Shown in pieces: positions 26,398-39,355 of a stretch of DNA of 64,000 nucleotides. The notes below the pieces were generated by a model. The model was not told the origin of the DNA and searched no databases. It worked only from the letters and a program-made list of their open reading frames with translations. This DNA comes from Felis catus (taxonomy: Eukaryota). A program made the position numbers and the translations under genes. How positions within the stretch are numbered: the first letter of the stretch is position 1; each line of letters starts with the position of its first letter. Location of the stretch: NCBI RefSeq assembly GCF_018350175.1, contig NC_058368.1:210926001-210990000 (forward strand), in the 5' to 3' direction.

Positions 26398-29300
26398 CTC
26401 CTTCAGAGAAGCACAGCACTGCCCTTCCCCTCAAGGCTAAAGGTGTGGTTCCACTGCTATCAAGTTTGTGTGGGGCTGTGGGGTCGACATGTGGGAAGCA
26501 AGGATCTTGATCTCCTATTGCTCACTCCTGACTCTCATCTGATTAATATTATGTGGGTGGTGTGGTGGGACAGTCCACTGCAAGTTGACTGTCTTCTTCT
26601 TTGTTTATGTAAACTCTCATGTTGGTGGTCATGAATATACTGTCCTATTTCTGTTGATTATCAGTGCTGACCTAAAACTTTGCCTAGATCTCAGGAGAGA
26701 GAGGCCCCACAGGCCCGAGTCACAAGACAATAATCCCAACTCCCCAGGCACTGGTTGACTCTCTGAGACTGAGTCCCATATTCTGACTGACCCCCAATGA
26801 CTGCATCACACCTACATTCCTCTGTTACATCTCTTTGTCCATGATGGAGAGACCCCAATAAACATGCAGCCATAATATTTATGTACTTTTTGCACCCCAG
26901 TTTGGGGTCTTCAGACTCAAGTTGTAACCAGGGTCCAGGGCCCAACAGCACCTAGGTTTATATGAGGAAACTGTGGGACATATGTTGGTGGGTACATGCA
27001 GCTGGGCAGTAAAGGTCAGGTGGATCGTTGTCTTGGGATCAATCATGTGGGTTCTTGCTGGTGTCAGGAATGTAATTCTTGCTTGAAGGGGTTTCAGTTC
27101 CCACCATGACATGCTTTGCCTGCCAGGTCTTTCGCCTGAGTTAAGAGATTAGCTAGAGAAAAGAACTTAATGAGTTAAAAAGTACAAACTGAGGTCAAAA
27201 TGGAAGTAAAGTCCTTTGTCAGCATGAAAGCCATCTGCCTTCCCTTTCAGGAACCAGGAACCTCAGGAGGCATCCTTATAACCCTTCTTCCAGCCTTAAC
27301 ACCACGCTGCCTCAGTGATCTCCTGCCATGAGGCGAGGCTCCAAATCCCTTTCTTATAGATACTACAGGCCTCATAAGCAAGTCTTTTGTCTGTTTGTAA
27401 ATACCACTCCCCCCAAACAAAACCCCATATTCTCTCCTGGTTCTCCTCTTACATCATTCTTGGCCAAGAGCATCCCAACCTATCGGTCTCTCTTATGCTT
27501 GCGGGCAAACCTCTGGTCTCACACTGAGATTCAGATTTTCTTCCAGTCGTCCTTGAATGCTGACACTGTGTTTTCAATGGGCATTATCACCATTTACCAC
27601 ATCCCACTTCAACATCTCTGGGACATGTAATCTGGTAGTTTTTGAGCAAGAGGCGTTGGACTCTACATCGACTCAGTCTCAGCGGAGGAAGTCAAATTTC
27701 ACTTCTACTTGATTGACTTCTATCTTATTTGAATCTTGTGTATCGAATATTTTAATATCTCACCTTTATGATAAAAAATTGAAAGTGATGACATGTTCCT
27801 AAGGCACCCTGATGACAGAGAGTAGAAGAAGGCAGTCTAGAAGTACAAATTCTACATCTGAAAAGGAAGAGACAGTGCTGTAATTTTTAAAACAAGATAG
27901 TGTGTACAATCAAATGCTGTTTGTACTACCTTGGCCAAGTAAGAAAGCGGGCAAATTTTTCCATGAAAATTCGTGTAGCACATATACACTTGAGGTTCCA
28001 TAGGGGGGGAAAAGCACTCTTCACACTTCTCTTACCCAACCCTAACATACGAATGGGAAAACAGACAATTTAATTATGTGTAACAAATTTAAACGCTGCT
28101 GAAAATTTCTTAAAAGAAAATAGTGATGGCGGCATTAAAATAAATAGTGAATAGGGAGTCCAATAGAAAAACAGCCGATCCCATCCAGACAGACATTAAA
28201 TCACATGTGTAAAACAAAAGCGAAGTTACGGTAGTAACAAAGAAAGTCACAAAGCCTTTTATACTTTCAGCAAAAGCATCCAGGGCATATCAAAAAGAGG
28301 GCATTGGTTTCATAAACGTGGATCAGTGGAATGAAATAATATACATGTTTCACAGAATGAGGGGTGTTTAGGATAATACTAGTTTCTGTGGCAAATAAAG
28401 CCAGAAACGTCTAATGGCCTAAGAGTAATAGAAACGAATTTCTTACTCGTGTTTACTAGGTCTTTAGGCAGAGATTGGCTGACCCTCTTTCACACAATCA
28501 TTCAGAGATGCAGGATGATGGGAGCTCTGTCCTTGTGGACAGGTGGTCTCTAGGGTCACCCTGGGACTCCTCCACCCTAGCCAGAAGGAAGAGGAAGAGA
28601 ATGGAGGCAAACTTCTGGGAAGCTGATACGGCCCAGGTCTAGAATCATCTTCCCTGTAGGTTGTTCAGAACAGAATAGCTCTTCATCTGACTTCTGTAGG
28701 GTATATGCAGTGCTGCCTAAGACGTAGGCATTCGTCCAATCATCTCTAAAGGACCACCACGGAAAGCCATGAAGGTTGTTTCTTCTTTTCTGTTGTAATG
28801 CAAGGGCCTGACTTAAATTTTGATCTTGGGGCATTCATATCAAAGGTGGCTGTCAAATGCATCACCAGCCACAGACCAGATAAAGAGTCAGGCTGTTTTC
28901 CCAGACTGAGGCTTCTTTGTTTTACAGATCTCGGTTGATTTCCATAACTGACCATTTGGGCTGCTTGCTTTGTTTGTTCCCATTTTAAATTCCAGCACTT
29001 GTGTGAAAAACTCATCAATAGAGAGTGAGCCCCCACCCTCAACCCCAATGAAACGGAATCTCCAGCCCAACTACTGTCTTTGCACCCACAACCAGGTGTG
29101 CTGTATAGTTTTCAGTTCTTGTAAGTAATAAAACCTTTATTTTGTGAAGCTTTCTGACCGTTGTTGTGGAAAGGTGTCTTGTAACTGGCTCAACTACCCA
29201 CCTAACGTGGGTGTGGGAAGGGGAGATGTCTGTGGGAAGCTCCCCGGGGGCCAGGTGAGTGCCGCCAGACCTTTCTAGCCCAGAGTACTGCATGGGCTCC

Positions 29301-29706
29301 CGGCAGAGCACACAAGGAGCACCCTTCAAGACCTCTAAATCTTGGCAAGGCGTCTGTGTTTCTGTGTAAGGAGAAAAGAACTAGAAGTAAAACTGTTTGG
29401 GTGGAGCACTCGGGCAATTATATAGAGATTTATGTTGGCAGGGGGTGTGGAAGGAGGAAAGTTAGAGGAGAGAGTATGGCAAAGCAGTGGGATGTGGGGG
29501 GAGCCCAAGGCCAGGGTGAGGCAGAATACTCTTCTTTTTCTGTGAAATGCTGGGAAAAAAAGTCTCAAAACAACAATGAACAATGAAAACAGTGTTCCAA
29601 AAATTTAAGAGAAAATATCACTGTCCATTCAATGCCATTTACTCCTAATTCTATAAATGTCACGAGCAAGAAGATTTGCAAATACACACATGCTGAGACT
29701 CACACT

Positions 29707-29915
29707 TGGTGGCTCAGTCAGTTAAGCATCTGACTTCAGCTCAGGTCATGATCTCACAGTTTGTGAGTTTGAGCCCCGCGTCGGGCTCTGTGGTGACAGC
29801 TCAGAGCCTGGAGCCTGCTTCGGATTCTGTGTCTCCCTCTCTCTCTGCCCCTCCCCTGCTCGTGCTCTCTCTATGCCTCAAAAATAAATAAAAACATTAA
29901 AAAAAATTTTTTTAA
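29707..29915 (+). mobile_element. CAN-SINE, slightly 5'-truncated
   Basis: Starts at ggtggctcag; TSD act(c/t)acacttgg. Confidence 0.93.
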
Positions 29916-31486
29916 AGGAACTTACACTTGGGAAGCCTCTAACACACTGGCCTCGGAGCTGCCCAGGGTGGCCAGTAAGTCAGAGCTGGGATGACTTTAA
30001 TTACGTGACATTTATACTCAGTGAAGATGTGCTGAAGTTCCTTGCTTATTGTAACAATCTGAGGGTCCTTTTCAAACAATACTTTAATTGATTTTGATTG
30101 CCTTTTTTCCTTTCCCTCTTCCCCCCCCCCCCCCCCCCAGCCCAGGCCAAACCAGCCTTCTCTAGTTACTTTAAAAAGATTAGCTTTCTTAAAGAATTTA
30201 GGCCTTACAGCCTTTAAAAAAAATCATAAATCTGTGGGTAGGAGTAATTCAAATTTCGCATGAGACTCCTGAAACTGTTCATGTCCTTGTTTGTTTGAAA
30301 CATTTACATAATTATGCCAAAACCACACATGACCTCAATAACCAAAGTCAAGGAAAACTGCTATCACAAGCTTTTTTAACTCCTTCGAAACCTTGGTTTT
30401 ATCATGTCCGTAGCACTTTATCTGCTGTTTTGTTTTTGTGAGGTTGGCATCAAAACGGTATGTTCTAATGGGATACGTTTAGACCTTGAAAATACATGGT
30501 CAGTTAGAAGATTGTTCACTAGCATTTTGGAAGCTTCCATTCAATTATAGCAGTCAACGCTGGCTGACAGAACTGCAGTTTTGTGGCTCAGACACCATCT
30601 GAATCGCGGAAGGATCCATGAAACTTATTTTGGTTCTTTCTACAAGAAGCAAGCAAAACGTAGATGGAAGATAGAAACTTCAGTGTGACCGTCCTTTCCA
30701 TCTCCAGTGGTTCAAAGTAGCTGACCTAACCTTTGCCTTTTGATTTAGACAATGGCAGCCACTGGAGCCAAAGTCAACGCCTTAGTATTATGGCTTGGCT
30801 CAATGTATATAACTTTTTGCTCCAGTTTTTTATAGAAATGCCTGTTTACAGAATACATGCGATACCCAGCATAGAAAGAACTATATGCTGGCAGCTGTTG
30901 ATGATTGAAGGACAGTCTCACAAAAGCTCGTAAAGATGGAGGAACCCCATTCAGATGTAGACAAGTTATTGTGACATAGGTACGCTTGGGTCTGGAGCCT
31001 TTGGCAAAGGGTATTAGTGACACACAGATATACCATGTGAAAAAAAATGTAATCATCACCGAGGACAGTGATATTTCCCTAAACTACAGGAAAATGGTTT
31101 ATATGTCATTTCATTTGGAGATTAATAGTTATTCACTAAAAAAGCCTTTACAATTTGACTAAATTTTTTTTACTTATAGGTTTATAGAAGAAAGTTATTT
31201 GGTCACCTTTAAAAGTGGGAAATGAACAAAACATTTTTTTTTTTTTAAATTAGGTATGATCATGGCAGTTCATTGAACCAAAATATGTTTGGTCTCATAG
31301 ATGCATGCATAGACCTATGGTTTTTTTCTATACATGCCTAGTTTGAAAGCCGAGCAAAGATCAGTTGGGAAAACAAGGGATTTTTTTCCTCAGTTTATGA
31401 ATTTAAGCTTATAAAGACAGGATGTTGAGAGTTACCTTTTTTAAATGTACTTTCCATGCTATTAGAATAAGTTGCCATTAGAGGAC

Positions 31487-32168
31487 ATGGGAGGCAGAAT
31501 AACGGCCCCTCAAAGTTGTCTATATTCTAATCTTTGGAATTGGTGACAGTGTTAGTACACATGGCAAAAAGGAATTAAGGATGTAGATGCAATTATAATC
31601 ATTAATCAGCTCACCTTAAAATAGAGGTTATCCTAGATTATTTGTGTGGGCCAGATGGCTTCACCGGGGCCCTTAAAAGTGGAAGAGGGAGGCAAAAAAG
31701 GAAGTTAGTTTTATGAGAACTACTCAACCCACCATTGTTGGCTCTGAACACAAGAGGAAGGAGGTCATGATTTAAGAATGCAGGTGGCAGAACTTCCAGA
31801 AGGGAATGCAGCCCTACTGACAACTTTATGTTAGCCCATTAAAACCAATGTGGAACTTCAAATCTTTTTTTTTTTTTAATGTTTATTTATTTTTGAGACA
31901 GAAAGACAGAGCACGAGCTGGGGAGGGGCAGAAAGAGAGACACCAATTCCCGAGTAGGCTCCAGACTCTGAGCTGTCAGCACAGAGCCCAATGTGCGGCT
32001 CCAACCCACGAACCGCGAGATCATGACCTGAGCCGGAGTCGGACGCTTAACCGACTGAGCCACCCAGGCGCCCCCTGGAACTTCTAATCTTAAAAATAAT
32101 ACACTAGTGGGTTTTTTTAAGCCATGACGTTTGAGATAGTTTGCTACAGCATCAATTAGAAACTAATA
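31487..32168 (+). mobile_element. MaLR MLT1D-like LTR split by a SINE
   Basis: aggcagaataacggcccctcaaag...catggcaaaaaggaattaagg...gaaactaata. Confidence 0.8.
31865..32075 (-). mobile_element. CAN-SINE inside an MLT1 LTR
   Basis: TSD tggaacttc(a/t)aatctt. Confidence 0.93.
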
Positions 32169-32742
32169 GAAATGCTATCAGGATGATACAGAATATCAAC
32201 ACTTGGGGAAAAAGTTAGAATGTTAGCCACAGAGTGGACTGCGGTAACGTAGCTCAGCTTTATGCCACTCACTCTGAATTCTGTGTAAAATATTATAAAC
32301 CTTTAAAAATGTATATAACTGAACTTCGATGAAAGGAAAATAAAATCCATTGGAGAGAAATAAAGAATTTTAAGTCAGAGGGGAAAAAATGGGTAACTGG
32401 TGGGATTTTGAACCAGACACAAGCATCCTACTGGTAGTGGGAATAAAATGTTCCAGGATAACAAAGGAGAAATTAGTTATACCTTGAGTATGCAAGGGAG
32501 ACCTACGTGGTGGTTGGCACGTAAATTGGCCTGCAGAGGGGAATGGAATTTCACCAGGTTCATAAAGGAAGGCAGAAAGGTATTGTAGACAGAGGTCAAA
32601 GACATCTGGCATGAGAGTGGAAAGTATGTTCCAGAATCCACATTGTGCTCGGTGTGGGGTGACCTAGAAGTTTAAAGTAAAGTAGATTGGGTCCAGATTA
32701 TGCAAAGTCTTGGATGTCTTCCTAAGGAGTTTTGCCTCTCTT

Positions 32743-33135
32743 ATAGGCCAAAGGTCACAAACCAGAGGCCTGCAGATGTGTTTCAGTTGGCTCTCCCAGT
32801 GTTTGTGGGGGCTTGGGGGTGTGTGTTTGGGTTTTTGGTTTATTTACAATTTAAATTATAAGATTAAAAACATTTTAAAAATTGGGAGACCTAACATAAA
32901 ATTCTAGACTTCCAGCTTCTCTGAAGGGCAAAAAAAAAAAAAAAAAGTGAGAGGTGGCCACACGGGGCCTCACTTGACCACAAATGGCGAGTAGCAATTG
33001 ACCATTGAGGCTGCGCACGTCCTCTCCAGGCCACCACCATTTCCAAACTCCCCACCACTCCTCATTGTGTGATACCTGTCTATTTCACACATGTTTGTAC
33101 CTGCTGGACTTCTGCATTTGTATTCATGAACCCTG
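32743..33135. mobile_element. MER102-like hAT-Charlie element
   Basis: ggcctgcagatgtgtttc...acattttaaaaattgggaga...cataaaattctagacttccagcttctct. Confidence 0.65.
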
Positions 33136-34080
33136 CTGCAAACAGGTGGTAACCACTGAAGGATTTTAAGATTGAAGCTGTGCTTTGGGAAGAAAACCCT
33201 GGTAGCAATTTTAAAAGCTCCTCTGCATTTCTGATGGCACATTATGTGCATTTCTGTCATTGCATTTACAACACTGGGTTAAAATGATCTATTGATGTGT
33301 TTGTCTCCCCTGCTAGACAGTGAAATCTTGTAAAGGGTCAGAGATATTTCGTGTAAATTGCTGTTAATATTACTGGATGATTGTGTAAAGTAATGATTTT
33401 AAAGCACTAGAGGAATGTTCAATAAACATAAAATACATTTGAAGTCTTACCCAGATCCTTCTAATCACCAAGATCCTCTCCTGTGACAGCTACTGTGCTC
33501 TGTATCTGGCAGTTCTGAAGCGTTGGAAAATTCCACTGGAAAAAAGATTGACGTAAGCCAAAATAATACTGCAGAGTTCAGTCAGAATAATGTAGGCACT
33601 CAGATCACTTTCTGGTCACCTCTCTGCCCTCTGCCATAGATAATACACAAATACATTAAAATCCACTTAGTATAAGAGCTTCTCTGATAATAATGTGTCA
33701 TATTGCTTTAGCAATTATGTAAGGAGAAAGAGGCGCTTAATTTCAAATGGCCAGCCCATTTGAAGCTGCACTTAAAAATAGCATCAAGTGAAAGTTTGGT
33801 TACAGGGCTAACAGATCATGAATACATCCATTTAGCCAAATGAATCAAGTTGCTTTTTAATTTAACAGAAAAATAAGCTTTAGAACATTTACCCACAGAA
33901 ACACTTACACTATTTCGGAATAAAATGTAAAGCAAAGCCTGAAAATTTACCCTACCAGTCTTTGAAGTTACATACCCAGGTTCACATTGGACAAATTAAC
34001 TGATCATTTCTCAATTATTAATAAGCAGTAAAGCTATGTATCTATTAAGTATGGATGCCCATCTTTAAAGTGGAACTTCA

Positions 34081-34504
34081 TTTCTTTATTTCATTATTAT
34101 TATTTTTAATTTACATCTTAGTTAGCTAACATATCGTGTAATAATGACTTCAGGAATAGAATTTAGTGATTCATCACTTACATATAACACTCAGTGCTCA
34201 TCCCAACAAGTGTCCTCCTTAATGCCCCTGTGCATTTAGCTCATCCCCCCACCCAACACCCCTCCTGCAACCCTCAGCTTGCTCTTTATATTTAAAAGTC
34301 TCTTAAATATAAAGATGCAACTGCTTTGTCTCCCTCCTTGTTTTTATATTATTTTTGCTTCCTTTCTTTATGTTCATCTGTTTTGTATTTTAAATTCCAC
34401 ATATGAGTGAAGTCATGAAGTTTGTCTTTCTTTGACTGACTTATTTCGCTCAGTATAATACACTCTAGTTCCATCCACATTGTTGCAAAGGGCAAGATTT
34501 CATT
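34081..34504 (-). mobile_element. Carnivore L1 3' end (3'UTR and tail); non-inverted part of a twin-primed insertion
   Basis: T-rich tail, then typical antisense L1 3' sequence (...ttccacatatgagtga...tagttccatccacattgttgcaaagggcaagatttcatt). Confidence 0.9.
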
Positions 34505-35045
34505 ATTCAACATAGTGTTGCATTCCTAGCCTCAGCAATCAGACAACACAAAGAAATAAAAGGCATCCACATTGGCCAGGAGGAAGTCAAACATTCACTC
34601 TTTGCAGACGACATGATACTCTATGTGGAAAACCCAAAAGAGTGCACCAATTGGCTTCAGTGAAGCCTCAGGATAAAGAAATCAACATTCAGAAATTGGT
34701 TGTATTTCCATACACCAGTAAGGAAGCAGCAGAAAGAGAAATCAAGGAATACAAAATAACTAGGAATAAACCTAACTAAAGAGGTGAAAAAAATCTATAC
34801 ACTGAAAACTATAGAAAGCTTATGAAAGAAATTGAAGAAGACACAAAAAATAGAAAAATATTCCATGCTCATGGATTGGAAGAACAAATATCGTTAAAAT
34901 GTCAATACCACCCAAAGCAATCTACATATTCAATGCAATCCCTATTAAAATAACACTAGCATTCTTCACAGAGCTAGAACAAACAATCCTAAAATTTGTA
35001 TGGAACCACAAAAGACCCTGAATAGCCAAAGTAATGTTAAAAAAG

Positions 35046-35276
35046 CTTTTCTTTTTTTTTTCTTTTTTTTTTTAATGTTTATTCATTCTTGAGACAGAGA
35101 GAGACAGAGCATGAACAGGGGAGGGTCTGAGAGAGAGGGAGACACAGAATCCGAAACAGGCTCCGGGCTCCTAGCTGTCAGCACAGAGCCTGACGCGGGG
35201 CTCAAACCCACGGATCGCGAGATCATGACCTGGGCCGAAGTCGGACGCTCAACCGACTGAGCCACCCAGGCGCCCC
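35046..35276 (-). mobile_element. CAN-SINE inserted in L1 ORF2
   Basis: TSD aagtaatgttaaaaaa at 35029-35044 and 35277-35292. Confidence 0.95.
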
Positions 35277-35615
35277 AAGTAATGTTAAAAAAAGAAAACC
35301 AAAGCTGGAGTCATCACAATTCCTGACTTCAAACTGTATTACAAAGCTGTAATCATCAAGACAGTACTGGCACAAGAACAGACACTCAGATCAATGGAAC
35401 AGAATAGAGAACATAGAAATGGACCCACGAATGTATGGCCAACTTATCTTTGACAAAGCAGGAGAGGACATCCAATGGAATAAAGACAGTCTCTTCAGCA
35501 AGGGGTGCTGGGAAAACTGGATGGCGACATGCAGAAAAATGAACCTGGACCACTTTCTTACACCATACACAAAAACAAACTCAAAATGGATGAAAGACCT
35601 AAACGTAAGACAGGA

Positions 35616-35944
35616 TAGTTTCCTGAAAAAGAAATTTTGGAAGTTACATACATGGGTTTCATTTAAATTATGCAGCAATCTTTTGTTTTTGTTATCCCAT
35701 ATTTTTTGTAATGAAGATCTCTCTCTGTCACCAAATCAAGCACGGTATTTCATGACTATAAGGATGATAATCACTAGCAAAAGGATAACAGCAACCGAAG
35801 CTGGGATAGCTTTTATTCTGCATCCATGCCACCACATTTGCCTTCGAAGTTGTTTGGATCTGTTGCTAAAAGCAGGTGCATTATCTTTCTGATTTGTCTT
35901 GTAATAAGCTTTCTGATTTGTCTTGTAATTCATTTGTTTTCTCC
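35616..35944 (-). pseudogene. VAMP4: Processed fragment of VAMP4 mRNA (end of SNARE motif, transmembrane segment, stop, ~120 nt of 3'UTR) inside an L1
   Basis: Minus strand reads ELQDKSESL...[49 protein letters not shown] (stop 35736-35738), matching the VAMP4 C-terminus as I recall it ([59 protein letters not shown]). Intronless; contains a 21-bp internal duplication. Confidence 0.92.
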
Positions 35945-37419
35945 TAGAAGAGAAAACAGACAACAACTTCTTTGATGTCGGCCGCAGCAACTTCTTACTT
36001 GACATGTCTCCAGAGGCAAGGGAAACAAAAGCAATAATGATTATTGGGACCTCATCAAAATCAAAAGCTTCCTCACAGTGAAGGAAACAATACGCAAAAC
36101 TAAAAGGCAACCGACAGAATGGGAGAAGATATTTGCAAAGGACATATCAGATAAAGGGTTAGTACCCAAAATCTATAAAGAACTTATCAGACTCAACACC
36201 CAAAAAACAAATAATCCAGTGAAGAAATTGGCAGAAGACATGAATAGACACTTTTCCAAAGAAGACATCCAGATGGCCAATAGACACATGAAAACATGCT
36301 CAGCATCACTCAGCATCAGGGAAATACAAATCAAAACCGCAATGAGATAACCTCACACCTGTCAGAATGGCTAACATTAACAACTCAGGCAACAACTGAT
36401 GTTGGAGAGGATGTGGAGAAAGAGGATCTCTTTTGCACCACTGGTGGGAATGCAAACTGGTGCAGCCACTCCGGAAAACAGTATGGAGGTTCCTCAAAAA
36501 ACTGAAAATAGAACTACCCTACAACCCAGCAATTGCACTACTAGGTATTTATCCAAGGAATACAGGTATGCTGTTTCAAAGGGGCACATGCACCCCAATG
36601 TTTATAGCAACGCTATCGACAATAGCCAAAGTATGGAAAGAGCCCAAGTGTCCATCGCTGGATGAATGGATAAAGAAGATGTGGTATATTTATACAATGG
36701 AATATTACTTGGCGATAACTTTAAGCAACTATAGGGGCACTATAGAAATGGAAACTTTTGCAAAGGCAAAAACAAATACTTTTGGTTTGGGACTACAAAA
36801 CACTTTGAACTATGGATGGCCCCCTATTTAAAGTTTAAAAAGTAACTAGGAATCTATTCACTTAAAGTATTTAACAAAAAGTCTGGGAACACTGTCCTAT
36901 GGTATATGGTCCTGGGCAAAGAAGAAGGCTTTCATCAAAATCTTAATTGATGAATCATTTTCTGTAGAAATACTCCACTGTCGAGGAAGCAAATTTCTTA
37001 TCCAAGACACTCTTTGAAGACTAAATAAACATCCCCTGGGCATCCTGGAAAAAGCTATCATAAACCCTGCCAAACGATAAATAACATGCCCAAAACAATA
37101 CGCATGACAAAGAGAACATTCGCTGCTTTTTTCATTCCTTCCTTCACTCATCCCATTATTTGTTCCTTCCCTCTTTGGTTAATGAGAGTGCCTTTTGCAC
37201 ATGGACATGTGAGAGCCGATGGAGAGAAGAACAGAAAAGGAAGAACATACTCAGTTCACACGATCTCATACGAGCGCCCACCAAGAAAGTTATTAGAAGA
37301 GGCAACTGGTCAAATGTGTAAGCAGAACCTGATACAGAGTGAGGCGGTGCAAGCCGGGCACAGTCAGTGGGTAGGATCCAGAGAGTATCTTCTGTGGGAA
37401 CCGATTTAGGATTGGAGGC

Positions 37420-37957
37420 ACAACTTCTGAGATTATGTGATGGCCTCACCAGCAGGACCCAGTGTGAAATGAAAATGGTGGGGGAGGCCCTCCTTGTTCA
37501 AAAAAACAGGACAAAATGTATTTTCCTTTCTTCTGCAGTTCTCCCTCTCTCCCTACCTGTCCTGGTATTTTTTATTTGTCGTTAATGTTGTGTTTTCTCA
37601 GGCACAGGACTATTGCGGGCGACTCCAGATCCTCACAGGTGCCCAGGGCCCTGTCCTGTGACACAGCACACAGAGTGTGCGGGCCCGACCCACCTCCCTG
37701 ACCTGGAGCTCAGGATCCCACGGGAGCAGGGCCACGGTGGTCTCAGGTAGGGCCGTCAGAGGCAAGACTGCAAGTGAGCTGAGGCCTCAAGCCAGTGGCA
37801 CGTGGTCCATTGACCCACTGGACTTCACTTACGAAACACAAATTCAAAGATAAACTCATTGAGAATTTCCAGATGGAGCCTTAAACCCTGTGCATGGGGC
37901 CTTTCTCAGAGTGGGCCCCATGCATCCACATGGTCACAGACCGTGTAGTCAGCCCCA
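37420..37957. mobile_element. MER45-like hAT-Tip100 element
   Basis: cccagtgtgaaatgaaaatgg...ttgttcaaaa and gaatttccagatgg...ggggcctttctcagagtgggcccc ends. Confidence 0.6.
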
Positions 37958-38588
37958 TGGCAAATCAGCCAGTCCTGAAAGACCTCCCAAATCCTCACTG
38001 AAATATATGTGAACATCACCATCTTCCCCCACAAAATCGAATTAGGGAATCAAGAGGGAAAGAGAGAGAGAGACAGAGTAGAAGTTACCATGAACTTCTC
38101 TGTCCATGTAAAGAACGTTCTAAGATTAAAAAAAACAAAAACAAAAAAAACGGAAGTCACACAGTTCCATAAAATGTGAATGAAAATTGAATCGTACTTA
38201 GATATATACTGGAAATGTTTTTATTTTAAGGATAAAGGAAAATTCTATACCTATCCAGGTACAAAAATATACATTTTCTTAAAAATCGCCACAAAGAAAC
38301 AAAAATCATCCTGACCTGACTTAGATGGCCGTCAGTGCTAAAAAGACAGAAGATTAATCCACAACCTGCTTTGTGGACATTAATGGTGAAATGTGGAGGC
38401 CCTACCCCTGGTCAAAGTGCTGTCTACCAAAGCAAGAGAAATCCATTCAGATACCTTCAAGTGACAAAACAATATGCCATTCATATATTCGGGGGCGAGG
38501 GGGTGAAGGGTGGGAGGTGGGAAGAACTATTTAAAGTGTACTCTATCCGGCTACAGAGTTAATCAAAATTATCAAGAATATTAAAACT

Positions 38589-38816
38589 GGGGCTCCTGGG
38601 TGGCTCACTCGGTTAAGTGTCTGACTTCAGCTCAGGTCTTGATCTCGTGGTTTGTGGGCTCGAGCCCTGCCTCAGGCTCTGGGCTGACAGCTCAGAGCCT
38701 GGAGCCTGCTTCTGATTCTGTGTCTCCCTCTCCCTTTCTCTTTCTGCCCCTCTCCCACTTATGTTTCCCCTCTCCCCAAAATAAATAAATAAAACATGTA
38801 AAAATTTTTAAAAAAG
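38589..38816 (+). mobile_element. CAN-SINE
   Basis: TSD aagaatat(t/g)aaaact. Confidence 0.93.
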
Positions 38817-38901
38817 AATATGAAAACTTTTATTTGAAGTCTTCTAGCGAGTATTACAATTTCAAAATATAGAGTTAAATATAAATAATTTTTTCTAAAT
38901 C

Positions 38902-39355
38902 TCTGTTTAGATTTGAATTCCCCCCAAAACAGACCCTGAGGCATGGATTTGAGAGCCAGTATTTTATTTGGAATGTCGGGAAACATGTAGAAGAATGAGA
39001 GAGGAAAGGAAGGCAACTAGTGGGGGTGGGGGGCGATGAGGGGAGGGGGTTGACAAGCCAGTTACAATGAGGATAACCGGATTGGATCCCCCTGGGAAGT
39101 TCTGACAAATCATGCAAAATGCATGCCCCAAGGTCACCACACCCAAGAGGTGCCAGAGTAGGGACACTTACTTTCAGAGCTACAGAAGTGTAGCCCCCCT
39201 TCCAGCCTGGAGGCTGGACAGAGGTCCCTGGCAGCTTCAGGGTGCAGAAGTAAGTGGTTCTCAGCTGGAGCACACTGCAGGGGGAAGGTCTGAGGGATGT
39301 CAGTGGTCACGAGAGCACTCAGACTGCTTGGGTCACCCAATGCAAGCAGCCACAA
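38902..39355 (-). mobile_element. ERVL LTR16-like LTR
   Basis: Starts gttccccca-like (gaattcccccaaaacagaccctgaggcatggatttgag). Confidence 0.6.

Larger units (their letters stand above)
34505..36716 (+). mobile_element. Carnivore L1 ORF2 3' half (degenerate); inverted 5' part of the same insertion
   Basis: RT motif [14 protein letters not shown] (FADD at 34601-34612); ORF2 peptides YGQLIFDK...[29 protein letters not shown]...CTPMFIA...WYIYTMEYY; stops, frameshifts and deletions; interrupted by a SINE and the VAMP4 fragment. Confidence 0.95.

Noticed and set aside
35736..36110. 124-aa ORF ending in a transmembrane segment
   Set aside because: Chance fusion of antisense L1 with the VAMP4 fragment; its start is not ATG and the VAMP4 frame is disrupted by the duplication.
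35419..36831. ORF2-like ORFs suggesting an active L1
   Set aside because: Fragmented by stops, frameshifts and insertions; no 5'UTR, ORF1 or endonuclease domain.
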